Source: Psammoneis japonica
Taxonomy: Eukaryota
Direction: 5' to 3'
Length of the DNA: 64,000 nucleotides
NCBI GenBank assembly: GCA_008632985.1
Contig: QPGO01000112.1
Coordinates: 124,001 to 188,000 of the forward strand
Positions within the stretch are counted from its first letter, which is position 1. The number at the start of each line of letters is the position of its first letter. Shown one piece after another: positions 8,428-19,636 of the stretch. A program made the position numbers and the translations under genes. The notes under the pieces are model-generated. The model searched no databases. It worked only from the letters and a program-made list of their open reading frames with translations, and was not told the DNA's origin.

Positions 8428-11400
8428 ATGGACGAGGCCAACTCCCGTGTTTGCAATGCAATCAACAGAAAGTTTGAGATGCTTTGTCTGCACAGAGACG
8501 GAGAATTTAGACCACACCCATGTTCAGTCTGTGACGTTCTGCTGAAACCTAGAGAAGTTTGCCACTTGCCACTCGAAACATTGGAGTCAGCAAGAAACTT
8601 GCTCACCCCTTCAGACTGGAACAGCGCATCTGATTGTCTCAAGTCCTGCCACACTGTAGAGCATGAAGATGCTGATTGGATCAAAGACCTGCTGCTTTCT
8701 CCCCGCACCCAATGCGCAGCACAGGAAGACAGACGACGCGTCGACGGATTCACTTGCTGCAGCGAATGCCGAAGAAGCCTGGGAAGAGCCGTCACGCCAA
8801 TGTGCGCGACAGCGAACAACTGCTGTTTCGGCACCCCACCGCACAAACTGTTGTCTCTGACCGAAGTAGAGTTGGCAATGCTCACACCAGTGAAAACATG
8901 CGGGCGCTGCTTCAGTTGCCTTGGCGGCAAACAGAAGAAGCTTCAGGGAAGTCTGACATGCTACAAAGTCAAGATGCAAAGCATCGCAAGAGCTGTTGTG
9001 CACTTCGACGCACTGAATTTACATCAGAATGTGATTGCACTGATGACTGGAAAGATGACTCCGGAGCAAAGACAACTTGCACGTTCAAAGAACAGAATTA
9101 GGACGCACTGCATGCTGCGGGTGATGGAATGGCTGTTGCACCATGACCAAGAGTGGGTGTGCCAACAGACAAATCTAGACGAAGTCAGGCACAATCTGCG
9201 GAATCCCGCACTTGTCGATGGCACCAGCGAAGAAGAAGGAGAAAATGCGAACATTGAGACCTCAGAGTCATTTCATGTTTGCTTTCCTGATGGAACCATG
9301 TCTCCTGCGACCGGTGGTCAGCGCAACCTGGACTGCTTCAAAGATCTTGCACATGAAGCTGCTGCCAATGGATTTGATTTAGAGGTGCAAGCACAGTTGT
9401 CTGAAGAATCTGCGAGTGATTTCAAAGGCAACAACTTCATCAATGCGTGTCTGCTGCAGTTTCCTTTTGGCAGAGGAGGAATCAATGAGACGAGAATGAA
9501 GAAAGACGGAAGTCTCACAGATGGCACCAACCTTGCACACTGTGCCGACCACTTGGCATGGATTTCCCAGCCTCACTTCCACGAGCAGCTCTTTGTGTTA
9601 ACATGCTGCAACTTGACAATGAAGCAAAGGATGCCACAGAGTGCAGGGTGGAAAGTCAGGGACAAGAATCAGGCTGCACAGTTTGCAAACGAACCAACAG
9701 TGGACGACGTGGGTGGAGCTGTTTGTGATCGCAACTTGGGCGAGAGAAGAGATTGTGGACTCGGGCACCACTTTTTGCACGCACTCGACGTTGTGTCTGC
9801 GTCTCTGCCACACAGTGACGAAGCAGCAAAGAAAATGAGGAGAAATGCCGAAACTCATCAGCATCATTTTGGTCAGGGTGGCATTTTCTTAACCGTCAGT
9901 CCGGACGATGCAAATTCGTTTCTTGTGCAACTGCACTCGGGTGTCATCCTGGACCCAAACGAAGATGTGACACAACTGATGGACGAAATTCTTGCCAGCA
10001 GGGCTGAGCAACGTGATGAACTGCGTCTAAAGTTTCCCGGTCTAACAGCCTTTGTGTTCGAGTGCTTGTTTGACATTGCAATGGAAGAGGTGGTGGGTTG
10101 GGATCTGAGTGCCAACCAACCAAGAGAAAACTTTAACTTCTGCATTGGCAGGCCAGCCGCATTTTTAGCTGCAGTTGAGGAGCAGGGACGTCCAACAGCA
10201 CACGGACACATGCAGATCTGGTTTGCATCGATCAACAATGCAAGAGAGAAACTGCATTCGCCAATGAGACAGATCCGACGCGAAGGTGCTGAGCACCTTG
10301 CCAACATGGTTCAGAAGATCTGCAGCATGGAATTAATCTGCAGCGAGGACTTCAGCACTGGCGCGTTGCATGAAGCATTCGACCATGACTGCACAGTGCC
10401 AAAAATGTGTCGCACCTCTCCAAAAGTGGCAGACAACCAACAGCTAAGAAACCTGAGGCATGAAGACGGCCAGCAGTCGAAGAACGGAATGTTTGCTTGT
10501 TGTCATCACTGCACCAAGCACTGGACAAACGTCGAGTTTGTAGAAAGCTTTTTACAGTCACGGCACCGTGTGCCTGGCCTGACTCGCCATCCAGACAACC
10601 ATGCAAAGCGACTAAAAGCAATGTGTGTGCAACACCAGCGAAGTGGTCCGCAAGGGGCAACAGAGGCACACATGCCGGACGCAGCTTACAACCATCACAT
10701 GCACGTTACGAAGTCGTGTTTTCCCAAATGCGCAGAGTTGCGTAAAATGCGCAAAAAAACCCCACACGAGGAACTGGACATGCAGTCAAGGAAAAGGAAA
10801 CGAGAGGAGCTCAAACCAGGTGACTGCCGTCACAGGCAACCAGCTGCTTCATGTCCAAATAATTTGGCAAGGAACGCAGATGACACTCAGATGAAGTGGT
10901 TCAGCTGGGATGGAACTTTTGCATGTCGGTGCGTGAAGGAAGTTGTTCCGAAGAGGAGAAAGTGCGATGCTTTTCAAAATGTGTCGAGCCCTGCAACAAG
11001 CAGATCAAAACTGACATGCAACACAAACATTGCTTTGTTGATGCCTGGACCGTCCACTCAACACACGATTGAGCACATCCTAAAAGACACCCAGAAAGAT
11101 GACACTGCATCGTACGACGAAGTGCTTCAAACTACGAACAGGGTGGCGACGGAATTACGGAAACACGCATCTGATGCATCGGAAGCAATCAGACGTCTCA
11201 CATGGGGTGCTTGCTCGCATGACAAGACGAACATCATTGGACCACCACTTGCGTCTTGCATGACAAGGAACGGAAGCCGTTTCATCGAATCTCATTTGAC
11301 CGCATGGTGCCCCTTGAAAGACATTGTCAGCACACTGGAAAGAGACGAAGTGTCTGCGACTGCAGCCCATTTTGGCGATGCACCGTTCTTCCAATGCCAG

Positions 11401-14076
11401 GCCTTGCACTGCCCATGTCGTCCAACAGCACTGGAGAATCTCAGTCCGTTTGCATTTTTCAGTGAATGCAAAGTTCTTCGCAACACAAGGAAAAACGAAC
11501 ACGGCATGATGATGTTCGACAACAGAGCGCACAGGCACCCGTCTCACAATTCAACGAAGAATGAGTTTCTTCAAGGTGTCAGACAGCGACAGCAACCGCG
11601 ATTGTCAAAAGCACTTCAGTGTGATTTTCCTGATGCAGCCAAGTTTGGCAGTTGCCTCATAGATCCGCAGCAACCAACAACACTGGACAAAGAATTGCAC
11701 TGCAAGTTGGCATTGGCCTTGTTTGCGCCTTACAGAACAATGACGGAACTCAAACCAATGACCCGTGCACACCTGCATGAATTCCAACTCTCCGCAGTAG
11801 CCGGTGTTGTTGCAGAGGAAAACTTGAACTTCTTGCAGAACCCACAGGATGCTAAGTCCAACTGCCTTCGTCTCAAAAGTGCATCTGACGATCTGCAAAG
11901 AAAGACGGAGCAATTTAGACCTGCTGACGTTGCGTTTGACTGTTGCGAAAGTGACGAGGAAGAAGGTCTTTCAGGCGCCGTTCAGGGTCAACTGCTGGAT
12001 GCACTCTTGGAAGAAATGGCAGAGCAGCCAGAAGACGATGACATTGGGTTGAGCGACCAAGCAGTTGTTCCTGCACATTTGAGCGGCAAACATGCAAGAC
12101 AGAAAGGTTCACACATGGGTGGTTGCAAATGCTTGGCAGACACGCACACTGACCCACCAAACGAGGAAAGCCAGGTTGATGAACGACAACTTTTTGAGAA
12201 TCTAGAGGGCGGCGATGACACCGACGAGGAAGACCAGAATGAAGGAGTGCAACAACACATCCACAGCAGACCACTGTCAAGAGACGACATTGTTCGAGTG
12301 ACACTGACTAGAATGCAAAGAACAAGAAGGTTGTTTGAGGACATGACAGGTTTGGAAGAACACGTCGATGTACGTCAAGCAAACGGATCTGCAGCAAGCA
12401 TCGTAGACTGGGCTAGGAAAGCAAGACTGGACAGGCAACAGCAGCGTGCCTTTGAAATTCTAGCAGGAACCTTTGTGCTCACTTGCTGCCAAGACGCTCT
12501 TCAAGATGAGACGTCACACAATGGACTCAACAGGAGAAATGGCAGACACGAATTTGCAACAAACCTTCGCCGATTGAAGAAACTCGTGGAAGTGCAAAGA
12601 CGCAGAACGTTGCAACTTGTGTGTTTTTTACATGGTGCAGGTGGAAGTGGCAAATCAACCACAATGGACCTCGTCGTGGAGTGCGGAAGAGAGCATTGCT
12701 CGCTCATTGAGCAGCCGTTCACAACAAGCACAATCAGAGTGACTGCACTGACCAGAGTGGCTGCGACTGTTCTCAAAGGGGACACAATCCACCAAGTTGC
12801 ATGCCTCATGAGAAGAAAGCAAACAACCGAAGAGCAAATTGAAGCATGGTCAGACACGAGACTTTTGGTGGTGGACGAGATTTCTTTTGCAAGCAAGAGA
12901 GAACTAGAAAAACTCCATGAGAATTTAACAGCATTGAAGAGCGAACCAAGCAAGCCGCACGGTGGCATCAACATTGTTCTCGCAGGTGACCTCAGGCAAC
13001 TAGAGCCAGTTGGAAAAGGAGTGAAACCACCACACAAAGATGCATGTCCCGAGTTTCACGAGTGGATCAACTGCTGCATGGAACTTCGTGGTGCACACAG
13101 GTTCAAAGACGATCCATCATGGGGAAAACTGCTCAAGAGATTCCGCACTGGCAAGATTGCAGTTGACGACATGGAGCACATCAACGAACGAGCAGTTCAG
13201 AATGAAGATGATCTGCCCAGTGACCTCCGCTGTGCTGTGTGCGCAAATGAGGACAGAGATGCAATTGACACTGGCCTGTTCGAAAAAAGAGCAGAAACAC
13301 TGCACAGAAGAGATGGAGATGTCCTTGACTCAATGTTGATTTTCAGTGACGACTTGCAGGTGCAGAATGGCACGAGACTCTGCCAACCATTTCCGGTTTG
13401 CAACAGCTTCTGGAACAACTGTGGTGAAGGAGACGTTGTCATGCAATCAGGAAGAATGGATCCAGTCTTACGAATTTACAGAAGATGCAGAGTCATGACA
13501 CCTTTCAACGAAAATGTGGCAAACGGTCAAGCAAACGGAACGCAAGCCACTGTTGACAAGGTCGTTCTCAAACCAGGACAGGAACCAAGACAGTGACTTT
13601 AGACAACAACATTGGCATTCCTGCTGCACTTGCAGTCAGGTGGACCATGTTGCATTGGAACACTGCAACAAAAGCATCGACCCCGCGAAGTTTTTAGTTG
13701 AGCCAAAAACAAATGCTTTCAGGGCTTGCATCGCCAAGCCCAGCCTAATTTTAGAAGAAGGCGACAACAAAGGCACACTTTCCAACTGAAGGCAACCCAG
13801 CTGCCGTTTGTCATCAACAATGCCACTGCAGGGCACAAACTGCAAGGGAGTGGAGTCCCGCAGTTGTTTGTACACTCTTGGAGCTGCACTCAGAATTGGG
13901 TGCATGTTGTGCTCTCCAGAGTAAAGACCAGAGAAGGGCTGTTCATGCGAAAGCCACTGAGCAAGGACCTGCGAAAATGCAAGGTCCCAGAAGGCTACGA
14001 AGCCTTGACAAGACTCATGAAGGAGAGAAGCGCCACGCATTTTTCTCAGCAACAGTGCGCAGAAATGTCAATGTAG
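8428..14076 (+). mobile_element. Helitron-like Rep (HUH) / PIF1 helicase gene; frameshifts near 13595-13790; TA-mutated
   Basis: 1722-aa ORF plus shifted tail. Rep motifs: GGIFLTVSPDD, AVEEQGRPTAHGHMQIW (E.Q.R...HxH), HTIEHILK (YxxxYxxK with Y->H). PIF1 motifs: GAGGSGKS, VVDEIS, GGINIVLAGDLRQLEPV, HRFKDD, ANG, ATAGHKLQG, HVVLSRV. Termini not identified. Confidence 0.92.
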
Positions 14077-14222
14077 TGCGCAAACATTGGATTAGGATGC
14101 TCAACCACTGTGCAACTGTTTGGCGACCCCAACCGTAAAAATGCGGAAATTTCGTAAAATAAAATGTTTCGATTAGATCAGCACATTGCGCAGAAATCTG
14201 CACATGCGTCACACAACGTCGA

Positions 14223-14796
14223 ATGGATTTTAACCAACAAACCAAGAAACGCGAACGCAACCGTCACAGAAAACGCAGCAACAGAGAAAACATGGATTTG
14301 CAACAACAAACAAAGAAGGCAGACGAGCCAAAGAAAACTGGTGAGGACAAGAAAAAGGTGCAGACACATGCGGAACTTCTTCAGTCATTGATGAACAGGA
14401 AGACGAAGAGGAGATTACCTTGGAAGAAGCAAGAGCGGCGTTTGACCTTGCTCGGGAAATTTTGATGTCACTTCTGCACTTGTGCAAGACAACACGACAG
14501 TGGACAGTCATCATGTGGAAACAACAGTCACGCCCAAGGATGACTCAACCATGGAGGAGCTAAAGGCAGCATGTGCAGCGGTGATTCCACAGCGGTCGGG
14601 GAGATTTTTCACCGAGGAGGAGATGGCGGAGCAGGAGAAGGAGCAAGCAAAGTCCCTTCAGAAGAAGCATGGCCAGAAGAATGGAATTGAGCAAATTGCA
14701 AACAACCATTTGGTGAAGACAACCGCATCAATGCGCAAAATGCACGCACATGGACTTTCACTTGAGCCGCCGCGGATTGAGTGTGGCCACAAATGA
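14223..14796 (+). other. Possible frameshifted K/E-rich ORF downstream of the helicase
   Basis: Overlapping charged ORFs 14223-14465 and 14482-14796 within the TA-depleted block. No family recognised. Confidence 0.25.
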
Positions 14797-16024
14797 GGAC
14801 AACCTTTGCAAAGAAACTGCAACAATGCGCAAATTTCGCACATTTCCACATTCACTCTCAATCCAACGCAGCTTGCCTTGGACAACATCAACATGCACAA
14901 CTGGACAACATCAACACACACAGACAGCCTCATGAAACCTCACAGAAGACAGAACGGTCAGAAGCAAAACAACCAGCACCACGCACTGGCGCATGTTAGT
15001 CATGTCGCGTGGGTCGCGCAAAAGTGCGCACCGAAATGACCGTCATGTGTTGCAATTAATTCGAATGCCCGGCGCAAAATGCAGCAAAATGATTGGTGCA
15101 GGCAATCGTCATGGCTCTGTTTTCTGACAGCCCTGCTTGTGCACAGAAACGCGTGGCGAGGTCCTGAGCATTTTCGATGGCACAGAGCCTTGCCACGGGT
15201 TTCTGTGCCATCTGCGACAAAGCTGCGTAGATTTGCGCTGAAATAAATCTGAGTGCCGCATGTCTGCGGTAAGATCTGCGTGAAAAGAACTCGAAACCTG
15301 TCCACCGAGCCGGCGTCATGTGCCGGCCGTCGTGAAAAATGTGTTGTGTCTGAGAAAGAGTTCGTCAGGGCCGGCGAACAACACACCTCTACGATGCGAT
15401 TGGTGCAAAATCTACGTAAATGCACAGAAACCAACATGTGGCTTCTGTGCAAATTAGAGCTCGTGAAAAATAAGCAGGGACAGCAGCGAGGGCGGCAATC
15501 CAAAATCTTTCGGTTTCAGACTTCGATCTAGAGAGTTCCACCTAAAAGAGGAGGAACCAATTACTACGGATTTTTTTGCGCGGTGCGCGGAGGCCGTTTT
15601 TTTTCCCTCGACCTATCGCCAACAACCCACCATCACATCATCGGCGCTGCACCCCGACAGAGCCGCGTAGATGTTATTTCTTCGCCGTTGAGGCAGAACA
15701 ACCATTGCGGGTGATTTCCACCCTTTCCAACGCCATTTCTTATTTCATATTTATGCTTACTGTCGTTGCTGCTGTTTGTTCTGCGGCAATTGGCTCACAT
15801 GCATAAGGTTGCTATTGTTGCTGCTGTTGCAGATAATATTCTGGCTATGAATCACCAATGTGGGGGGCCAACGAGAAGAAGTATGCTTTGTTTAGGTGTC
15901 AATGTAAGTTACATTGTTATCTATCGCGTTGTTCTTTTTTACTCAATGCATTTCATGTAATGCCTTGGCATTACTTACTAACACGAGCACATTATCTGTC
16001 TTACTATTGTTTGCTTGTAGAGTC

Positions 16025-16284
16025 AGAATTCATTGAGAGTATACCGTTATGCCGTGGCAGCATCACAGCATTACGTTTTTCCCGGATTGAGGCGCCGGGG
16101 CCGATGCCAAAGGAATGGTGAGGGTACGCACACCAAGAATTTCATTGAGAGCATACCATTGTGCCGTGGTAGCATCACAGCATTACTTTTTTCTCGGATT
16201 TTTGGTAGCATCACAGTGTTACTTTTTTCTCGGATTGAGGCACCGGTGCCGATGCTAAAGGAATGGTGAGGGCACACACACCAA
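16025..16284. repeat. ~111 bp tandem duplication with an internal ~35 bp sub-duplication, 3' of the piggyBac ORF
   Basis: agaattcattgagag...ggaatggtgaggg.ac.cacaccaa at 16025 and 16136. Confidence 0.9.
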
Positions 16285-16445
16285 CAAAGCAATCATTCAT
16301 CAGTTGGAAAGAACACTGGGCAATGGGTATTGTGCATGAGGTTTTCCACCGGCATCTTCAAAGAGATAGGTGCAGGTAAGCTTGTGTCATGTTGTGGCAT
16401 CTAAGCAAGTTATGTTTTTGTCACTCACTAAGTTTTATGTAATGC

Positions 16446-19400
16446 CTACCTGTTCCTGATATGACCTAGGTGATCGTAATCTGGCCAGCACACTTTGCAA
16501 ATTGCTTCACCACATTTCCTACAGCCGTACAAAGATGTACGACTTCCTTTTCTCAAGGTAGCGTAATCGGCATCTGGCATCGTCAATCTGGCCTTCCTTA
16601 TGCAATCAATGCAGTCTTTGCTATGGTTCAGTATCTTGATTGCTTTCTTGTCGTGCACAATATCTTCTTCCCGTACAAGTCTCTTTCTCCCTTTCTTTGG
16701 CCGATGAGTCTTTCCATGCGTGAGGCCGTGCTTGCAGAAAAAGCATTCTCCACAGCCACAAGGTACGTACGGCTTCTGTCTGACCCATTTTGGCTTCGTG
16801 GTGGGGTCGTTTATGTTTGTCCAATCCATGCTAATGCCTTTGTTGATACACTGTATTCCCAGATCCATCATCCACTTGAACTTCCATCGTGTGGTCTTGG
16901 CATATTTTCAAAGGGGTGTCCCACTGTTGAGAGCTTTTTTGTGATCACTTTCATTGCGTGAGTTACCCCGTCCATGCAGTAGTACATGATGCGGAGGTAG
17001 TATCTGTTTCCCTTCAAGCTGATAGACCAGTCAGCAGTCTCCCTGTCTTCCCTGTCGACAGCACGCATGAACTTGATATAGTCGGGGATGACCGCATGGG
17101 ACGAGACTGGAACTCGGCTGTGCTCGTCGTTGTCCCACCGCAACGTTTTGTGATCCCCAGGTACGCCCACCATGTGGTTGTGCAACACGCCAACCTGTTT
17201 TCTGTCTTTCCAAGTTGTTGCCTGTACTACAAACCCAGCCGAATTGCTCTTGTCTCCTTGCACAGTCTTCTGAGCCCAGCGTAACCACCCACGAGGCACC
17301 TTGGACAATGCTCCGGATGACAGTTTGTGGAAGGGGAAGTCGGTTGCTGTTCGTGACTTCTTTTTCGTCATCTTCACGGTGCCCACCACCAACATGCCAT
17401 ACGTGTCATACACCAGTTTCATGAGCTGTTCCGATGTGTAGAAATTGTCGGTGTACAGCTTGCGTCCTTTTCCCGACAACACTAGTTCGGGGTCCATAGC
17501 CAACAACCTTGAAACAACTTCGAGTGGCGATGCATCATCATTGTCCTTGCCAGTGTAGACATAAAATGCATATAGATATCCGGTTTCTGCGCAGCACAAT
17601 GCCCACACTTTTATGCCGTGTTTGATGGGTTTAGCGGGCATGTATTGAACAAACTTTACAGCCCTTCCCTTGTAGAGAATCATGGACTCATCAACCGTTA
17701 GCTTCTCTCCAATCACCCACCCGGCCCTTAGCCTTTTGCCAACTTTGTTCACAAATGGGATTATCTTCTGCAATGGGTGCCATCTTGAAGTGCCGTGCCT
17801 TGGCAACTTTCTGTTGTCGACGAAATGGATGAATCTTCGAATCTGGGTGAAGGCATTTCGAGACATGGAGTGCTGAATCCATGGCACTGCCAAGTCATGA
17901 GTTTCCATCCACAGGAGGTCTTGCCACTGGAGTTTCATTGCAGCCAGAACAAACAAAACTCCAAACCAAGCAAGGAGGAACCCAGGAGTGACTTGGATCC
18001 AAGGCTTTTTTTTGTCCTTGTGTCTCTTCCTGCTGTCAGGGTGGTCCTCCTCACATGGAACCAACCTGGCTCTCCTCTTGGGCTCTTCCTCAAACTCATC
18101 CCCAAGCTCATCATCTGAGTTGCAGCCTTTGCTGCTGCCAACAGACCAGTTGGAAGAATCGCAAGAGGAGACAGAGCTCTCGTCATCAGAAACCATCCAA
18201 AAGCTCCCGTGCACCCCAAACGATGAGTCAGTGTCACTGGAGTGAGAGGACTGGTCGCTGGATTCAGAGGCGCTGCTGCTGCTGCTGCTGCACTTGTCAG
18301 GGTCAAAAATTGATCCACCAAAGAGGGAGTCTCCATCGTCCATAAAAAAGCCCGGCTGCCTTGCTCCATCAAATCAAAATCCAGCTCCAACTGATCACAA
18401 TCAGCCACAATCTCACAGTTGGTTGCATGCCCATGCTCCTCATCTTGCTCATTCTGATCTTTAATTTGTTGCCACTCTTGCTCAGTCACAGGCCTGACCC
18501 ACTCTTCGTTGGCACAAAAGTTGGTCTCCTTGGCAACCTCCTCTAAGTCGTCAACCGTGACAAAGAAGAGAAACAAGTCAACAAGAGACTTGCAGGCTTG
18601 CTTCACAGCCCATGATGGGCCACAAACACCCCCTCCACCAGGGCCTGCATAAGATCCAGACCATCCAGGTTCCCAGTTAGAGGACCCCTCATTCTCCCAC
18701 CCAGGTGGAACAGGCCTTTCAAGCTCGGAATCCAGCAGCTCTCTCTTCTTTCTCTTGGCAGCCCAAACATCAGATAGAAGCTCCATTCCCTTGCCTTTGT
18801 CCACAAATTTGAAGAGGCGATTGTCATTCACCACATCAGCTTGTGCCTTGGCATCAACAATGGAAGAGTGAGCTTCAGGAAGCACCTCCTTGTTCTTCAC
18901 ATGACACCAAATTTCTCCCAAGCTGTAGCCAACAACTTTGGATGTCTTGGCATTCAGGGCACAGGACTTGCAGTGCTCAATTGTCTTCCTTGGGTCACAA
19001 AAGTGCTTCAGCCCTTCAGGCATGGACAAGGTTTTGCGATGGGTGTCTTCAGCAAGACGAAACATGCACTCGCAATCACCTCCCTTGCCTCCCCATGCCG
19101 CCAGAATCCCAACCTTGGAGCCTGCATCCAACTTGTCTTCTACAAACTTGCAAAATCTTGGCCAAACCAATTCCATTTTATCAGCATTGGCCATGCGGGG
19201 ATCAGTGAGCTTGAGTTTGTGCGACTCCTGGGAGGCCCTCTCCATCTCGTCGGTCCACTTGGTTCCTTCTGGAGGCTTGATGTGCTCGTCAAATTCGCCG
19301 AGTGTAGACTTGTCATTTGGATCTACTGCAACAGCTGAGAGCTGCAGCATGCCACACTTCTTCCCTCCATGCTCCACATCAACATGAAAAAGTGCACATC

Positions 19401-19636
19401 GTCCTGCAATCCAATCATCATGGGCCACAGAATTTGTTTGACGAGGCGCTCTCTGAGCTGGTGCCGGCACGTCATCAGGTTGTTCAGCAGAGGCCAAGGG
19501 AGCAACGCCGGACTCCAAATCAGCATCCTCCACAGATGTGTCATCGGAGCTGAACGCAAGCATGGAGATGTCCATTGTCTCCATGATGTTGCCGACGCTC
19601 ATGTCACCAACACCGTGAAAGACGGTTGTTTTGCAC
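16446..19636 (-). mobile_element. piggyBac-family transposase with N-terminal DEDDh exonuclease domain and C-terminal Cys-rich domain; frameshifts near 18345 and 16870
   Basis: piggyBac motifs: DLFLFFVT...KETN, MSRNAF.QIRRFIHF, VDESM, YMPAKPIKHGIK, TDNFYTS, MRAVDREDR. C-terminal CxxC clusters at 16446-16871. N-terminal VDVEHGG...GDC...AHSSIVDA (DEDDh). Likely splice acceptor ttttcag at ~19637. TIR/TTAA ends not identified. Confidence 0.88.

Noticed and set aside
8428..13596. Alternative genetic code or recoding as the reason for missing Tyr
   Set aside because: Host genes in the same window use TAY normally, and TA loss also affects non-coding repeat DNA and all frames.
15500..15545. CTAG at 15528-15531 as the Helitron 3' end
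   Set aside because: No convincing subterminal hairpin, and it is not followed by the expected T.
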